Source: Polymyxa betae A26-41 (Eukaryota; Protista; Endomyxa: Phytomyxea). From it: a stretch of DNA of 64,000 bases. The notes beneath the pieces were generated by a model. That model did no database searches. It saw only the letters and a program-made list of their open reading frames with translations, and was not told where the DNA came from. The position numbers were made by a program, and so were the translations under genes. Each line of letters opens with the position of its first letter. The stretch's first letter is position 1. Location: positions 1 through 64,000 of the forward strand of contig RBZT01000607.1 in NCBI GenBank assembly GCA_003693705.1. The letters run 5' to 3'. This document shows, in pieces, positions 25,439 to 36,469 of this stretch.

Positions 25439-25873
25439 TGCCCACTATCTTAAACCGCCAACTTTTGATAGAGAGGAAAGCGCAGCCCGATAAAATCCTC
25501 AATGAGATTCACAATGGGGTAAATACAGCACATTTCGTCAGATCTCATCAATCCGAGCTCAAAAATACTTCGATTTCATTGTGAAAATAAATACTCATGA
25601 AGTTATCGCTGTTTTTCGAGATAAGGGAACGGAAATTTTTTGGACTAACCCTATAGCGCAGTGAGCGCACAAATACTTTAACGGGCTTTTTAATTTGCGC
25701 AGTCAGAAAAGTAAAACTCCGTCTGCTTCGTTGCTTATTTTACAACCTTTTGGCCTCCGAAAAAAGCAAACAAATCTTGGGGCATTTTGAGCCAAATTCC
25801 GAAAAACTGCGTGCGGACTTTTGGATTCTGAATTGGACTTTCCATCAAAGTTGGCGGTGTAATACAGTGGGCA
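25439..25873. mobile_element. TA-flanked MITE (Tc1/mariner-like) inserted in the LINE copy B 3' UTR
   Basis: ~30-bp imperfect TIRs TGCCCACT(A/G)T(C/A)TTA(A/C)ACCGCCAACTTT. The empty site GAACCCTGTA|CTCAAA is seen in copy A (~29300-29315). Three extra bases (TGG) sit at the left junction. Confidence 0.85.
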
Positions 25874-25883
25874 TACTCAAAAA

Positions 25884-25926
25884 CGGTTCTGATGAAGTAG
25901 TCGAGACTACGAAAACGGTATGAACG
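25884..25926 (+). ncRNA. Hammerhead-ribozyme-like core (probably degenerate)
   Basis: CTGATGA-A-GTAGTC-GA-GACTAC-GAAA: both core boxes flank a perfect stem II. Stems I and III are imperfect. Confidence 0.45.
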
Positions 25927-27174
25927 CAGATGGAATGAAAACAGAGTGACTGTATTATATCGTGTACTTCCGGGCCAGTACGCCCGGGCGACAGTAAAGA
26001 TGAGCAGGAAATTAGCGCGAGTGCGCCGTGGCGGAAGAGGACTGGACAGCATTAAAGGTCGCCGGGAGGGTGAGACGCGGCCTCCGACTCATCTCGCCCT
26101 CGACAGGTTCGATCTCATGCTGGTCTCCCAGGGTTGTTTCTACAGTGGCTGGCTGTGATGGTTTTATTCAGGTGAAATTGTCAGTTCTTTCCGGCTTTCT
26201 TATAGAAATGGAGTCGGTATGGAGCTAACAAAAGGGTAGTCGTCTAATGGGGTGCCACCCGTAGCTGCGGCTTTCGCCAACCCGCCGATTCGTTTCGCTT
26301 TCTGGAATGGGAGCTTGAGTGTATCTTGGCACGAAGTGTGCTTCAACTTCGTTGTTCGGGGCCAGTATGGTCAGTTGCTCAGCACAGTCACAAAGTCGGA
26401 AATCATCACCTAATTGGTTGACTTTTATCACAGAAAGCTTTATCTTGTAAGAGAGAGAATCTCGATATAGCGTCTAGTAAAGGGATCGGTGCTGATTTCA
26501 TACATCCAGAATATGTTCTCATATATTCTTGATATGAGAGTTCGGAAGGTCGAATGGCTTGTTTGGTGACGTATTTACCTCCGATCCATGGTATTAGAAA
26601 TGGCCTCCAATAAAATCATGACCTTCTTGGGGGAGATAGTTTCCGGTATTCTGTAGTTCCGCAGACGTTTCACTATAGATTGCACTTGTCGATTTCTTTT
26701 GCAGTTATTTTTTGTCGATTGATATTGAAAAGTCATATTATTTTTCTCCTTGTTTGCTGTGAATTCAGCACATAAACAATGTATCGAATCAGTCGTTTTA
26801 TTGTCATATTTTTGAGATCGCGGGGATCATTTTGACTGAAAACGGCGAGTCACAGGCGGGAGTCCATTCCACATAATTCACGGCGTAAAGCGTTCGAAAC
26901 CGATCTGGATAAACAAACTGCAAAGAGGTTTCTCATATTTTGGGAATGAGGGCGGAGCCTGATTCCGATTCAGTCAGACAGAATCAAAGTCCGTGTGTGC
27001 TTTGGGACTCCGAGGTTTTACACACATAACAGTCTTCGGACTTGAGTCGAACTCAGCTGGATGTTTTATTCAAAATCCAATGTTCCGATGTGAACTTTAA
27101 TAAAGTCAAGCTTATTAGGCGTGGTTCGAAATGGACCCGACCAGCATATCAATTGATGATCGCACCATATTATA

Positions 27175-28720
27175 CGCTAGGGTTAGGGTTTGATAACACT
27201 ACTAATCCATTAAATCCCTCCTTTTGAAAACTGGCAATGAGCACTACCACGTTCATCTGTTGGTTTCCACGAACGACAAACAGATAGAATCAAAACGTGA
27301 TTTCTATATTAGGTCTCGTTAGCTCCAGATGTGTGGCTCAGGCTGGCTTCGTCGCCCTTAATTTGGCAGCCGCCAAATCGTCTGAATTAGGGCTGCGCCG
27401 GGTCGCGGTCGACACCCGCCTTTATCATCAATGCGCCTTTCAAGACAGTACTGAGACTGACAAAACTAATCACGGAATCGCCCAGATGCAGACACACCGC
27501 CCAGACCGTCAAAATGGTTTGCTGAAATCACGACCCTTATAATGAAATCAACAGGTCTCAATGCTACTTCATCATTTATTCATGTTTAGCCTCGATTTAG
27601 CTACTATATAAATATCTCAATATATATATGAGAGCATTCTGTGGTCTAGGGGGTTGCTGCCGTACTATTTCCTCAGCTGTGGTCGTACTGTTTCTAGAGA
27701 GGAAGGGATTTTGGAATGAGTAACTCCGGCTAATGCCAATGAACGTACTGCGAATAGTACGTAGCCATGGACAGTCATAATGATCTCTATTTTCAACAAA
27801 TCAATATATTTTGAGCGATTCTTGTATGGCTGGTTGATATTATGCCTACAAAGACAGTTGATCGATGAGAAGATCACAGTTGTTGAGTGTAGAAATCGGC
27901 AGCTTGGTAACGTAAACTGCGTAGGGTTGTACAAGTAATTCTACTGCCATGAGTACATGTTGTGGTTGGGGACACAATACATGACTATTTAGTAACATAA
28001 ATGCAACGTTATCTTAAACCATAGCCACGCATCCAGTGGCACGCGACTGTCGGAGTTTGCCAGGTTCTAACATTGAGCACAGCTAAACCCAATTGTTAGA
28101 TGAGGAGATCACAGGTACTGAACGTCTTACGCTTTCTTCAAGCCCCTGATCAAAAAGTAAAAGATGATCGAAAACGCCACACCAAGAACTACATAACCCA
28201 CGATATCAATACGATGAAAACCAGCGAATAACGCCGAAGGAACGATGATTAAAGAAGTAGGGCCGGATGCAATCGGTGCCATAGAGAGCAGCGACTGGTC
28301 GGAGTCCGCACTACCACTGTATAATAGATCAGATCAGGGTTCGGAAATGCATCAAATGAACGGAACTGACAGAGGACGAGGACGGACCATGACGGATTGA
28401 AGCAGCAGCTGGACCTGTACGGCCAGGATCTGGAACAGGATGACGGAGCGATTCATGACGATTGAGACGAGAGGAATGGGAAATGAACAGATGGAGGCGG
28501 AGAGAGCAGAATTGTCGGAATGACGCAGCCCGGTCCATAGAACTAGTTCGCGCCATTACAGTAGCTGCGGGTTGCTCATTCGCTCTGGTTGCTGACCGCA
28601 GCAAACGCTGCACACAGCTGCTGGCTAGCATCCGGGCCGGTACGGCTCCGCAACTGCAGCCCTTCACTGAGATTGGCCTCCTGGGCCCGTGACGTGTTCT
28701 GGTCACGCGGGCTACGGAGA
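27175..28720 (+). repeat. Right arm of the large inverted repeat (copy 2), ending in a Helitron-like GC hairpin
   Basis: Inverse of 23815-25160. Internal GAGGAGATCACAG subrepeats. Terminal GCCCGTGAC...GTCACGCGGGC hairpin near 28685-28711. Confidence 0.85.
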
Positions 28721-29075
28721 CTGCTTGACATTGATCTCTCTACCGAATATCTTGGGCAAATAACCACGACCAAATAACCTCTATCGATGTACATAAGAAG
28801 TGCGATTTGTCAATACTTATCTTCTCCCGAAACTATTACGTGAAGATTCTCGTGATTGTGGAATGGCAGCCTGCATTTTTATTGGATTGCATTCACAATA
28901 AAACTTATGGGGAAGTTAGGATGATTTTTATCATCCCTATGTGCAGCCAAATTTTGATGATGGTTTCGGTGTTTATTGGATTCCACGCTTCCACAGCCCA
29001 ATGGGCGACAATCTGTGATTCTCGGAACCAACACGAGAAACTATGAAGTCAACTTGCCCGACAGTAGTGCTAAAA

Positions 29076-30060
29076 GGATTGGATTGGATTGGATTGGATT
29101 GTACTAGCTATTGTGCCTTTCGGCAAGGTGGGCGGCACTTTAACCCTAGTGCGGGGCACAGACCCGAAGGTCCGTGGCTCTCCTAGTAAAAATTCGGAGG
29201 CCTACACCCTTGAGAGGAAAAAGCGAATTTCAGCCCAACGGAGGGCTTAGAGACCTATCAATGACCAGCGACCTGTTGGCCCAACCCTACAGGGAATTGA
29301 ACCCTGTACTCAAACATTGACTCGATCTCATGGTGGTCTCCCAGCTTCTATCACACGCTGTATACTATATTGGACATCCATGTTTGTATGCTTTCTGTAA
29401 CATCTGTCTCATGAGTTTGGGCTGTTGCCATAGGGCTGTATTGAAGTTAATTATCCACAGGGAACTGTAGTTGCGCCTATGGCGTGATAATGCTGTCTTG
29501 AAATATGAACATTTCAGGAGATGCTCCAGTGTCTTATAATAATTACAATATCGACATGTGTTTTCTTGTTCAATTCGCATCTGATGGAGATGATCCCTAC
29601 ACCGAGTATGTCCGGATCGGGCTCTGTTAAGCAGTGGATGATAGTGATATACTCTGATATGTATCGTGTGTCTCCCACGTTTCATGGGATATCGACTGTA
29701 TATGAAGGGGTCTCTGCCGGGGTATCCCCTACAGTGACTCGATCTAATTGCTTTTTCCAGATTAACCTGAAGGTGTGTCCTTGTAACTTTGTGAAGGATT
29801 AACAGAGCAGTCTTTGCCAGTTTGTCTATTTTATCGCTTTCTGGAATAGGTGGTTTGGTTTGACTTGGAACAAAATGGATTTCTACGGAATTATTGGCTG
29901 TTAATATCGCGGTAGTTGATCAGCACAATCTGCCACTGTATCATTGACATATCGAGGTTTATATGGTAACGTAGCAAGCTGTTACATACACGACAGCAGA
30001 CCATCATGTTGCTATGTCAAGTTCAGAGTTCGAGTTTCTTTCAGGATCTTTCTTTAACTG
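29076..30060 (-). mobile_element. 5'-truncated LINE relic with RNase H and C-terminal CCHC knuckle, copy A
   Basis: VEIHFVPSQTKPPIPESDKIDKLAKTA (RNase H end) and RARSGH...CRYC...TLEHLLKC (ORF2 C-terminal zinc knuckle), then the 3' UTR and a (CAATC)5 tail at 29076-29100. Confidence 0.85.
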
Positions 30061-30130
30061 GATTGAATTCCTGACTTCCAAAGGCCGGCGAGTGCGCAGC
30101 CTTCAATCCGCCGGCGGATAGTAAAATTAA

Positions 30131-30725
30131 GAGTGCGTTTGGCAACCACGCAAAACTACAGTTTTGCCTCAGTTTTGTTCCGAAACGGTAGTTTTCGGCA
30201 GTTTTGCAAAAAATGCGCGTTTGGCAACCAAAACTGAGGCTCAGTTTCAGTTTTCAAAACTGCACCAAAACTGTAGTTTTGAAACGGAGCTCAGAGCTCC
30301 GTTTTGGTTCAGTTTTGAAACTAAACTCGAATTGCGAATAAAATTTCAACGTTTTCTCACATAACTGTTGTTATGGATTTCGTAGAGCTGATTACAGTCT
30401 TTGTAACAGCCTGGTACGTCACCGTGTATCTGCTGAAAGAGCCATGTCGCACCTCCAAAGTCCAGGCCAAATCGATACTTTAGTGCGAATGGGCATTTTC
30501 TACATCGTCGGCAAGCCATGGATCTGTTTGAGCACCGATGAGTCAAGAATATTGCAGATGGTTGCTTTTCTCAAAGTTGCTAATATTTTATTTGGCAGCA
30601 AAACTAGTTTTTGAAGTGCGTCTGGCAACAAAACTGTACAAAACCTAAAACTGTGGTGGTCCCCGCAGAAAACGGTAGTTTTAAGAAAACTACAGTTTTG
30701 TAATCATTTGTTGCCAAACGCACTC
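30131..30725. mobile_element. PIF/Harbinger-type (Tourist-like) MITE, 595 bp
   Basis: 16-bp TIR GAGTGCGTTTGGCAAC / GTTGCCAAACGCACTC, TAA TSD on both sides, and subterminal AAAACT(A/G)(C/T)AGTTTT repeats. Confidence 0.92.
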
Positions 30726-31184
30726 TAACTGATCTGAGTCTACTTCGATCTAAGCCACGGAATATTCGAATTTTAGACTTGATCCACTAAACCCTATACC
30801 CTAACCCTATTTTTCCAAACTTGTTTGGAGATGTCATTGTGATTTGGACACAGAAAGCTGTCTCGTTAGCGGCCAAATTTAACTTGAGTTCAGCGCTGGC
30901 ACGACATAAAGATCAAAATCGCATCCGAACAACAAATTCGAGTCCTGGAATCAAATGTCAATGATCTGTTCGGGCGTATTCACAGACTAATACCAAAGTT
31001 TCGCTTTATGAAATGGAGTATCATGCCATTCCTCTGAGTCTGACCGAATTCCTGATATGAGCAAGGGTTTCGACATCGAAACACCCATCTCAAAATTCCT
31101 TCCAAAGAGCGTGGTCTTTGTTACCATCTCCGTTTCGGAGGCACTTGAGAGCCAGAACATCGAAGTCGTCAAAGGTGGTCAATC

Positions 31185-31560
31185 ATGAGCCTCGAATTGT
31201 AGCTAGCTACATATCTGCATATTGATATGAGAACAATCTGTGGTCTGGGAGTTGCTGTCGTACTATCTCCGCGGTTGTGGTCGTACTATGTCTACAGTGG
31301 AATGGATTCTGTCATTCTGGAATGAGGCTGGCCGTGATTGCGGTTAATGACAATGAAAGCAATGCATGCGAATAGTACGTAGTCATGGACAGTCATGGTG
31401 ATCTCTATTGCCAACAAATCAATTTATTTTGAGCGATTCTTGTATAGCTGGTTGATGTTGTCCCTACAAATACAGTTGATTGATGAGAAGATCACAGCCA
31501 CTCAACATCTTAGCAGCAACTAAAACCCAACCGTTAGATGAGGAGATCACTGTCACTGAG
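31185..31560 (+). repeat. Third, partial copy of the dispersed repeat
   Basis: Direct similarity to 27580-27880 (TCTGTGGTCT...GTGGTCGTACT...GCGAATAGTACGTAG...GGACAGTCAT...GATGAGAAGATCACAG). Confidence 0.9.
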
Positions 31561-32601
31561 CGTTTCACCAGCTCGTGCAGACAAGGTCGTTGGTCTGTCG
31601 TTTACAAGGCCGTTGCTGGACTAGCTGGACTGGAAATGCATTTTCGTTAGCCAGAAGGCACGATTGTAGCCCTGAGGATTCAGCCTTTAACAGGATGATA
31701 GTATTGGGATGTGTACGCGACGGATTTCATCAGAATCGAGATTTGTCGTTCTGCTTTTGCTCACTTTTTGCTATCAGATATAGAAATTCTGCAATGACCT
31801 ACATGCATGCTGATCGGTGTAATTAGAACAAAATCTATATAGTATATATCAATGCAGCTCATTTACTGTTCAAATCGGCATTCTACTGCAGTTTACGGAT
31901 GGAATAACTGAGATGTCAGTTTCATCCATACGTCGTAGCGATTTTTCTGATTGACAACGAGAAGTGAGGTGCTGCCCTTCACCTGGAGATATTCACACTC
32001 AGCGAGTTTCATGGTGTCCTTCGGCCTTGATTGAAGACAGATCGCATTTAATACCGTTTTACAGACCATTAGGGGTTGAGAGCAGAGAGAATGAACGATT
32101 GACAAATGCACCAAAAAGGCAGACAGATATGGCTGGGTGATGTTGAATCATGTAATGTCCCGAAAGAGTGGCGATGCTGCTGATCTCAAAAAAAACGCAA
32201 TTCCGGAATCTCTTATTATCACTTCCTTGAAAAATTGAAAAATCACACAGGTGGGCTACGCAAGCAGAGGAGCACGTCCACGGAGTTTCACTTCAAGTTC
32301 GAGACATTCTGACATGTTTGTTGTTGATAACCCAGCCAAGCCATTTGACACGCTCACGACGTTAATATGGTGTTATGTACGCAACATATTACAGCAAATA
32401 CAAATCCAGAATCAACGAAGAAAATCAAAGTTCAGAATGTGATAAGTTAAAGAACAACGCAGTGGTCGAAAAAAGGAATAGATGAAAAGTTCCGTCATCT
32501 CAGAAATTTGTAAAAAATCTGAATTTGCGCAATTTTTCTGAATAGAAGTGCGTAGCTTTCTAGCAGAGGGTCTCGTCTTCAATTTGTCGTCTTTCATATC
32601 G

Positions 32602-34395
32602 ATGTATTCTGACCTTGCTGAAGTTGACGACGAGGTGGATACTCAGCCAGACCACGACGACTTAGAGACCCAACCAGAGAGCGACGACGACGTCAATCCA
32701 GGGTTTGAGACCCAGCCCGAGAATGCAGATTCCCAGCCAGGTTTTGACGATGGGACTCAACCAGCAGAAGTCGATATCGACACGCACCCAAACAAAATCG
32801 ATTCGGAAGCAGAAATGGATGTCATTAAGTTTGAAGAGACCATCATTGTTGCAGAATCAGATCCTTTAGACGGCCAAGAATCGCCGCTTTTGCCTGCCGA
32901 TGAGCCCGATCAGCTGCCCTTAACCCCCCTGCCAATCAATCCTTCACTTGATCGATCTCAAAAACAGGCTCAGAATGCATCCACAGCCGCGAAACGCTCT
33001 GGCTTGAATGGGTTCAGAATGTTCGCGAAACAGTACCGCTTGGATCATGCCGATGAATGTAAACAAGTTGTATCTGCTGTTAGCAAGGTACCTTTGCTTC
33101 AATTATTGATTAACTTGAATCTTTTCGTTTCTTCTTTGGTTCTCTGCTTTAAATTGGTTTAGCCATTGCTTTCCTGGCTCTATGTTTTTCTCATAAAGAT
33201 TTGACATTTGCCTGGCCCGTGCTTTCTTCTAACCTTTTAACTGCTCGGGTTCTCTTATCTCTGTCAAACTCGCCGCGATGATATTGTTTCTGCAGATTTT
33301 CGTTTTAGGTTTACTTCATTCTATACCTCTCTTTTCTGTTTTCGTCAAGATGAGTTCTTTCTCGATGTGTTTCAGATTTTTCAGTTTGCGGCTCTAAATG
33401 ACCTTATAGATAATCGGTGCAGCTTGGAAGGCTTTATCGGATGATGAGCGGGCGGAATGGAATCGATTGGCGGCTGAACAAGCTCTATCAGACCCACCTG
33501 GTGCCAAGCAATCTAAGGCCAAGGAATTTGATTCTCAGAAGTTGGGATCCCATCTTCAGGTTGTTCATGTTTCCTCTTTCCGTTTTTCAAATTTTATGTG
33601 TAAGCTGAAATCACGTTCTTATTTTTATTGCAACATATTCGGAATTGGTGTTTTGTTCTTGAATGCTTTTCCAAGTGCTCTCAACCTAACGTTTTGACCT
33701 TTTGGGTTGATGTGTGCTCATTTGAGAGCTATTCATCTGTCGTTCAGAGCTTTCATTTTTTGCTTTGATTTCAATTTGTTAGACCAATCAGCATCACCTT
33801 ATACATTCGATTGACACTGAATTAGATGTCTCGTGTCAAAGGAATCATGCAGCTCGATAAAGATGTTCACCACATCAGCAAGGAAGCTGTCGAATTCGTT
33901 CGTGCTAGTGCTGAGCTTTTTATCGGGTTCATGTGCAAGACCGCTGGACAATATTGTGGATCGCGCCACTCCATCCAACATGTAGACTTCAGGCAAATGA
34001 TCAAGTAAGTAACTTTAAACGCTTTTTCCTTTTTCTGTTTTGAATTCAATCTAAATTGTTGCCTGCATTGATTTGCCTCAATGCTAACTACTCATGTTTG
34101 CTTTACTTTCCGCTTCCAACCGCTTTCTTACAATTCAGTTTTTCGTAATTCTGCGTTTCGATGATGTTATTAGCCCCTGTCGTCTAGTTAACCTGACTAT
34201 TTCTTACATAGGACCGAACCGAAGTTGAAGTTTCTTCTGGGAGCTTTCAATAAGAATAATACGCAAGCTCAAACCGCTAGCTTGAGGACTCCTGCTGGAA
34301 AACGCGGCCGGAACTCTATTACTGATGCTTCCGTACAACCTCCGGCGAAGGCCTCGAAAATTACTTCCTTTTTTCAAAAGGCTCCTGCTGCTTAA
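32602..34395 (+). CDS. Chromatin protein: acidic S/TQ-rich N-terminus, HMG box, H2A-like histone fold (DPB3/CHRAC/NF-YC type), C-terminal PIP-like motif (4 exons)
   Basis: GFRMFAKQYR...VSK|IIGAAWKALSDDERAEWNRLA (HMG box). SRVKGIMQLDKDVHHISKEAVEFVRASAELFIGFM...IQHVDFRQMIK|TEPKLKFL (histone fold). Ends ASKITSFFQKAPAA*. Confidence 0.85.
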
Positions 34396-35469
34396 TCTGC
34401 AATCAGAATCTCTATGTCCAAATCGGTTTTTGTTTTGGCTCAAACAACTCCAACGAGTTCTCCGAATTCATGAAATGAGATCTTCTGGCGAGCATGAAGC
34501 CATTTCGTAGAGCAATTTGTTGCATGTTTGGAAGCATTCCATATTGGAATGATGTGAAACGATGTTTATAAACTCATCATTATCATCCAAACCAGAACAG
34601 AATCCAGCTCGAACACAACGCGACTCTGTGGCTGTTCCGACTTCAAGGCTGGCCAGCAGCTCGATTTTACTTCAGATATGGGCTGCAGTTAAAGTGTTTC
34701 CTCAGGATCACTCTCCTTAACTGGACCAACCTATGAGGGTGAAGCATGCTCATAGACTGACTGCTCACTTGTTGGATGGTCACGTTTATGAGCCATACGT
34801 GCTTGTTGCCCTCTATTGCTGAAAGCGGGCCTTTCGCCAGATTCTTGGTGTCCGAGATCTCTTTTAAGGCGCTGAGATCGACCAGAGCCGATCGGGATTG
34901 ACTGAAGAAACCAAAAACTTCGAATTTTTGCGATTTTGTGAAAATACAACTAAGATTTTGTTACGTACCAAAGTTTCAATCCAAAACCATAGAGTCCCAA
35001 TGCCCTTCACGTTATGGTAGCCTTTGAAAGGCGCATTATTTCTGTCAAAACACCTTTTGCGCAGTTTTTAAGACAGAACTTGAACATACCTCAGTCGCGC
35101 AGTTTTTAAGACTATGCTCACAATAACAGTCTGGATTCATCTTCGCCGAGTCGATCTAAACTAAATAAGCTTTAAATTTGGACGTCGTTGTTCCCCGAAA
35201 CTGATATTGGCACTGCGGTTCGTCTGAGCCAGAAAACCTAACCCCAACAATTTGAAGGATTGAGGCAGTTTACAGTACATGAAGACAAAACACACCATGT
35301 CAAACGTCTGGCCACTGAATGAGGCACAAAACCAGTGCAACGAAATGTTATACAGAATGCGAAGTTCTCTGATCATTGGCATCCAGGACTGCTATACGAT
35401 AAACTCAAATGAATTCGGCGTGGATTTGAGGCTTCCTCCGAACGATTTTTTCATTGTTTTTCCCTGCCG

Positions 35470-36469
35470 ATGTCGAATCCGCCAGATGTGGCTATATTCG
35501 ATACAGGCAAGGTCCTACAGACGATCTTCAATCAGCCCAGATTCAGTGACCTGACTTTAATCGTCGGCGATACCGAATTCCACTGCCATCGCGCGGTGCT
35601 GGCCCCGATCTGCGGCTACCTGCAAGGTCTCCTACAATGGCCTGTAGAAGACGACCGAACCGAGGAGCAGATTGCAGCGAACGACCTGAAACGGATCCAG
35701 ATCGACCTTCCAGATATTACTATTCCGAGACTGTTCTTCAGTAGATCGCAGCGCACCAAAGTCGAGTTTTTCGACTTGTTTCTGAAAACCGTCTAATACC
35801 AGCCCAGTGCGAAGCGTGTTGAGGAATGTTTCGCGATCGCTCAGATCGCGGATTTTCTCGTTTGCGAGCTCGTCCACGGTCACTGTGACGAACTTCTCAG
35901 CTCGGTCAAATACTCCGCTCAGAACGTTCTCGACGCCGCTCGTTTCTGTCAGAAATTCGCGCTCGCAAAGAGGCTCAACACCGTGAACAAGATCATCGCC
36001 GAGCGCCTGTACGACTTCCGCCACGACCCGCGCCTCTATCAGTTGGAAATCGATCATTTCAAAGCCATCCTGAAATGCAGCCGCTGTTTCGATCCATGGA
36101 GCTTTCTGATTCCGTCATCCTGAAATGCAGCCGCTGTTTCGATCCATGGAGCTTTCTGATTCCGTCATCCTGAAATGCAGCCGCTGTTTCGATCCATGGA
36201 GCTTTCTGATTCCGTTGTACTTTGCGTCCGGACAACTTTCCAACCAACGAGCGATCGATTTGACGCCAGGAATCAAGAACGATGCTATGAGGGAGCTCTT
36301 CCGGAACGAAATCCTTCGAGTTTGCTTTAGCTGGGATCGGCCAACTGTCAACGTTATAGCGCGAATCGTCAAAGGATCCCAGGTGTTTGCTGACTCCGAA
36401 AGCGACCAATTATTCATCTACAAGATTCTAACCGAATGCTATTGCCGGTGTGATAAGAACACGATCTGA
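35470..36469 (+). pseudogene. BTB/POZ-BACK-like pseudogene, paralogue of 15701-16626
   Basis: Near-identical N-terminus. A 6-nt deletion creates TAA at 35794-35796, and the frame is broken again by a 50-bp triplication. Confidence 0.9.
36066..36215. repeat. Perfect 50-bp tandem triplication
   Basis: CATCCTGAAATGCAGCCGCTGTTTCGATCCATGGAGCTTTCTGATTCCGT at 36066, 36116 and 36166. Confidence 0.97.

Larger units (their letters stand above)
25203..27170 (-). mobile_element. Degenerate non-LTR retrotransposon (LINE with RT and RNase H relics), copy B
   Basis: (CAATC)n tail at 25203-25223. 3' UTR shared with 29076-29345. RNase H relic VEAHFVPRYTQAPIPESE. Frameshifted RT-like pieces LDFIK, GVP, GSALIP and LYA in the expected order at 27110-26870. 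Confidence 0.7.

Noticed and set aside
27614-27650. Helitron 5' end at the TC/TATA-rich start
   Set aside because: Similarity among the three copies continues past this point, so it is not the element boundary, and no clean CTRR 3' end was seen.
29100-29190. HDV-like, pistol or twister ribozyme assignment for the LINE 3' motif
   Set aside because: I could not build P1/P1.1 for HDV or find the twister and pistol conserved residues on either strand. Left as an unclassified structure.
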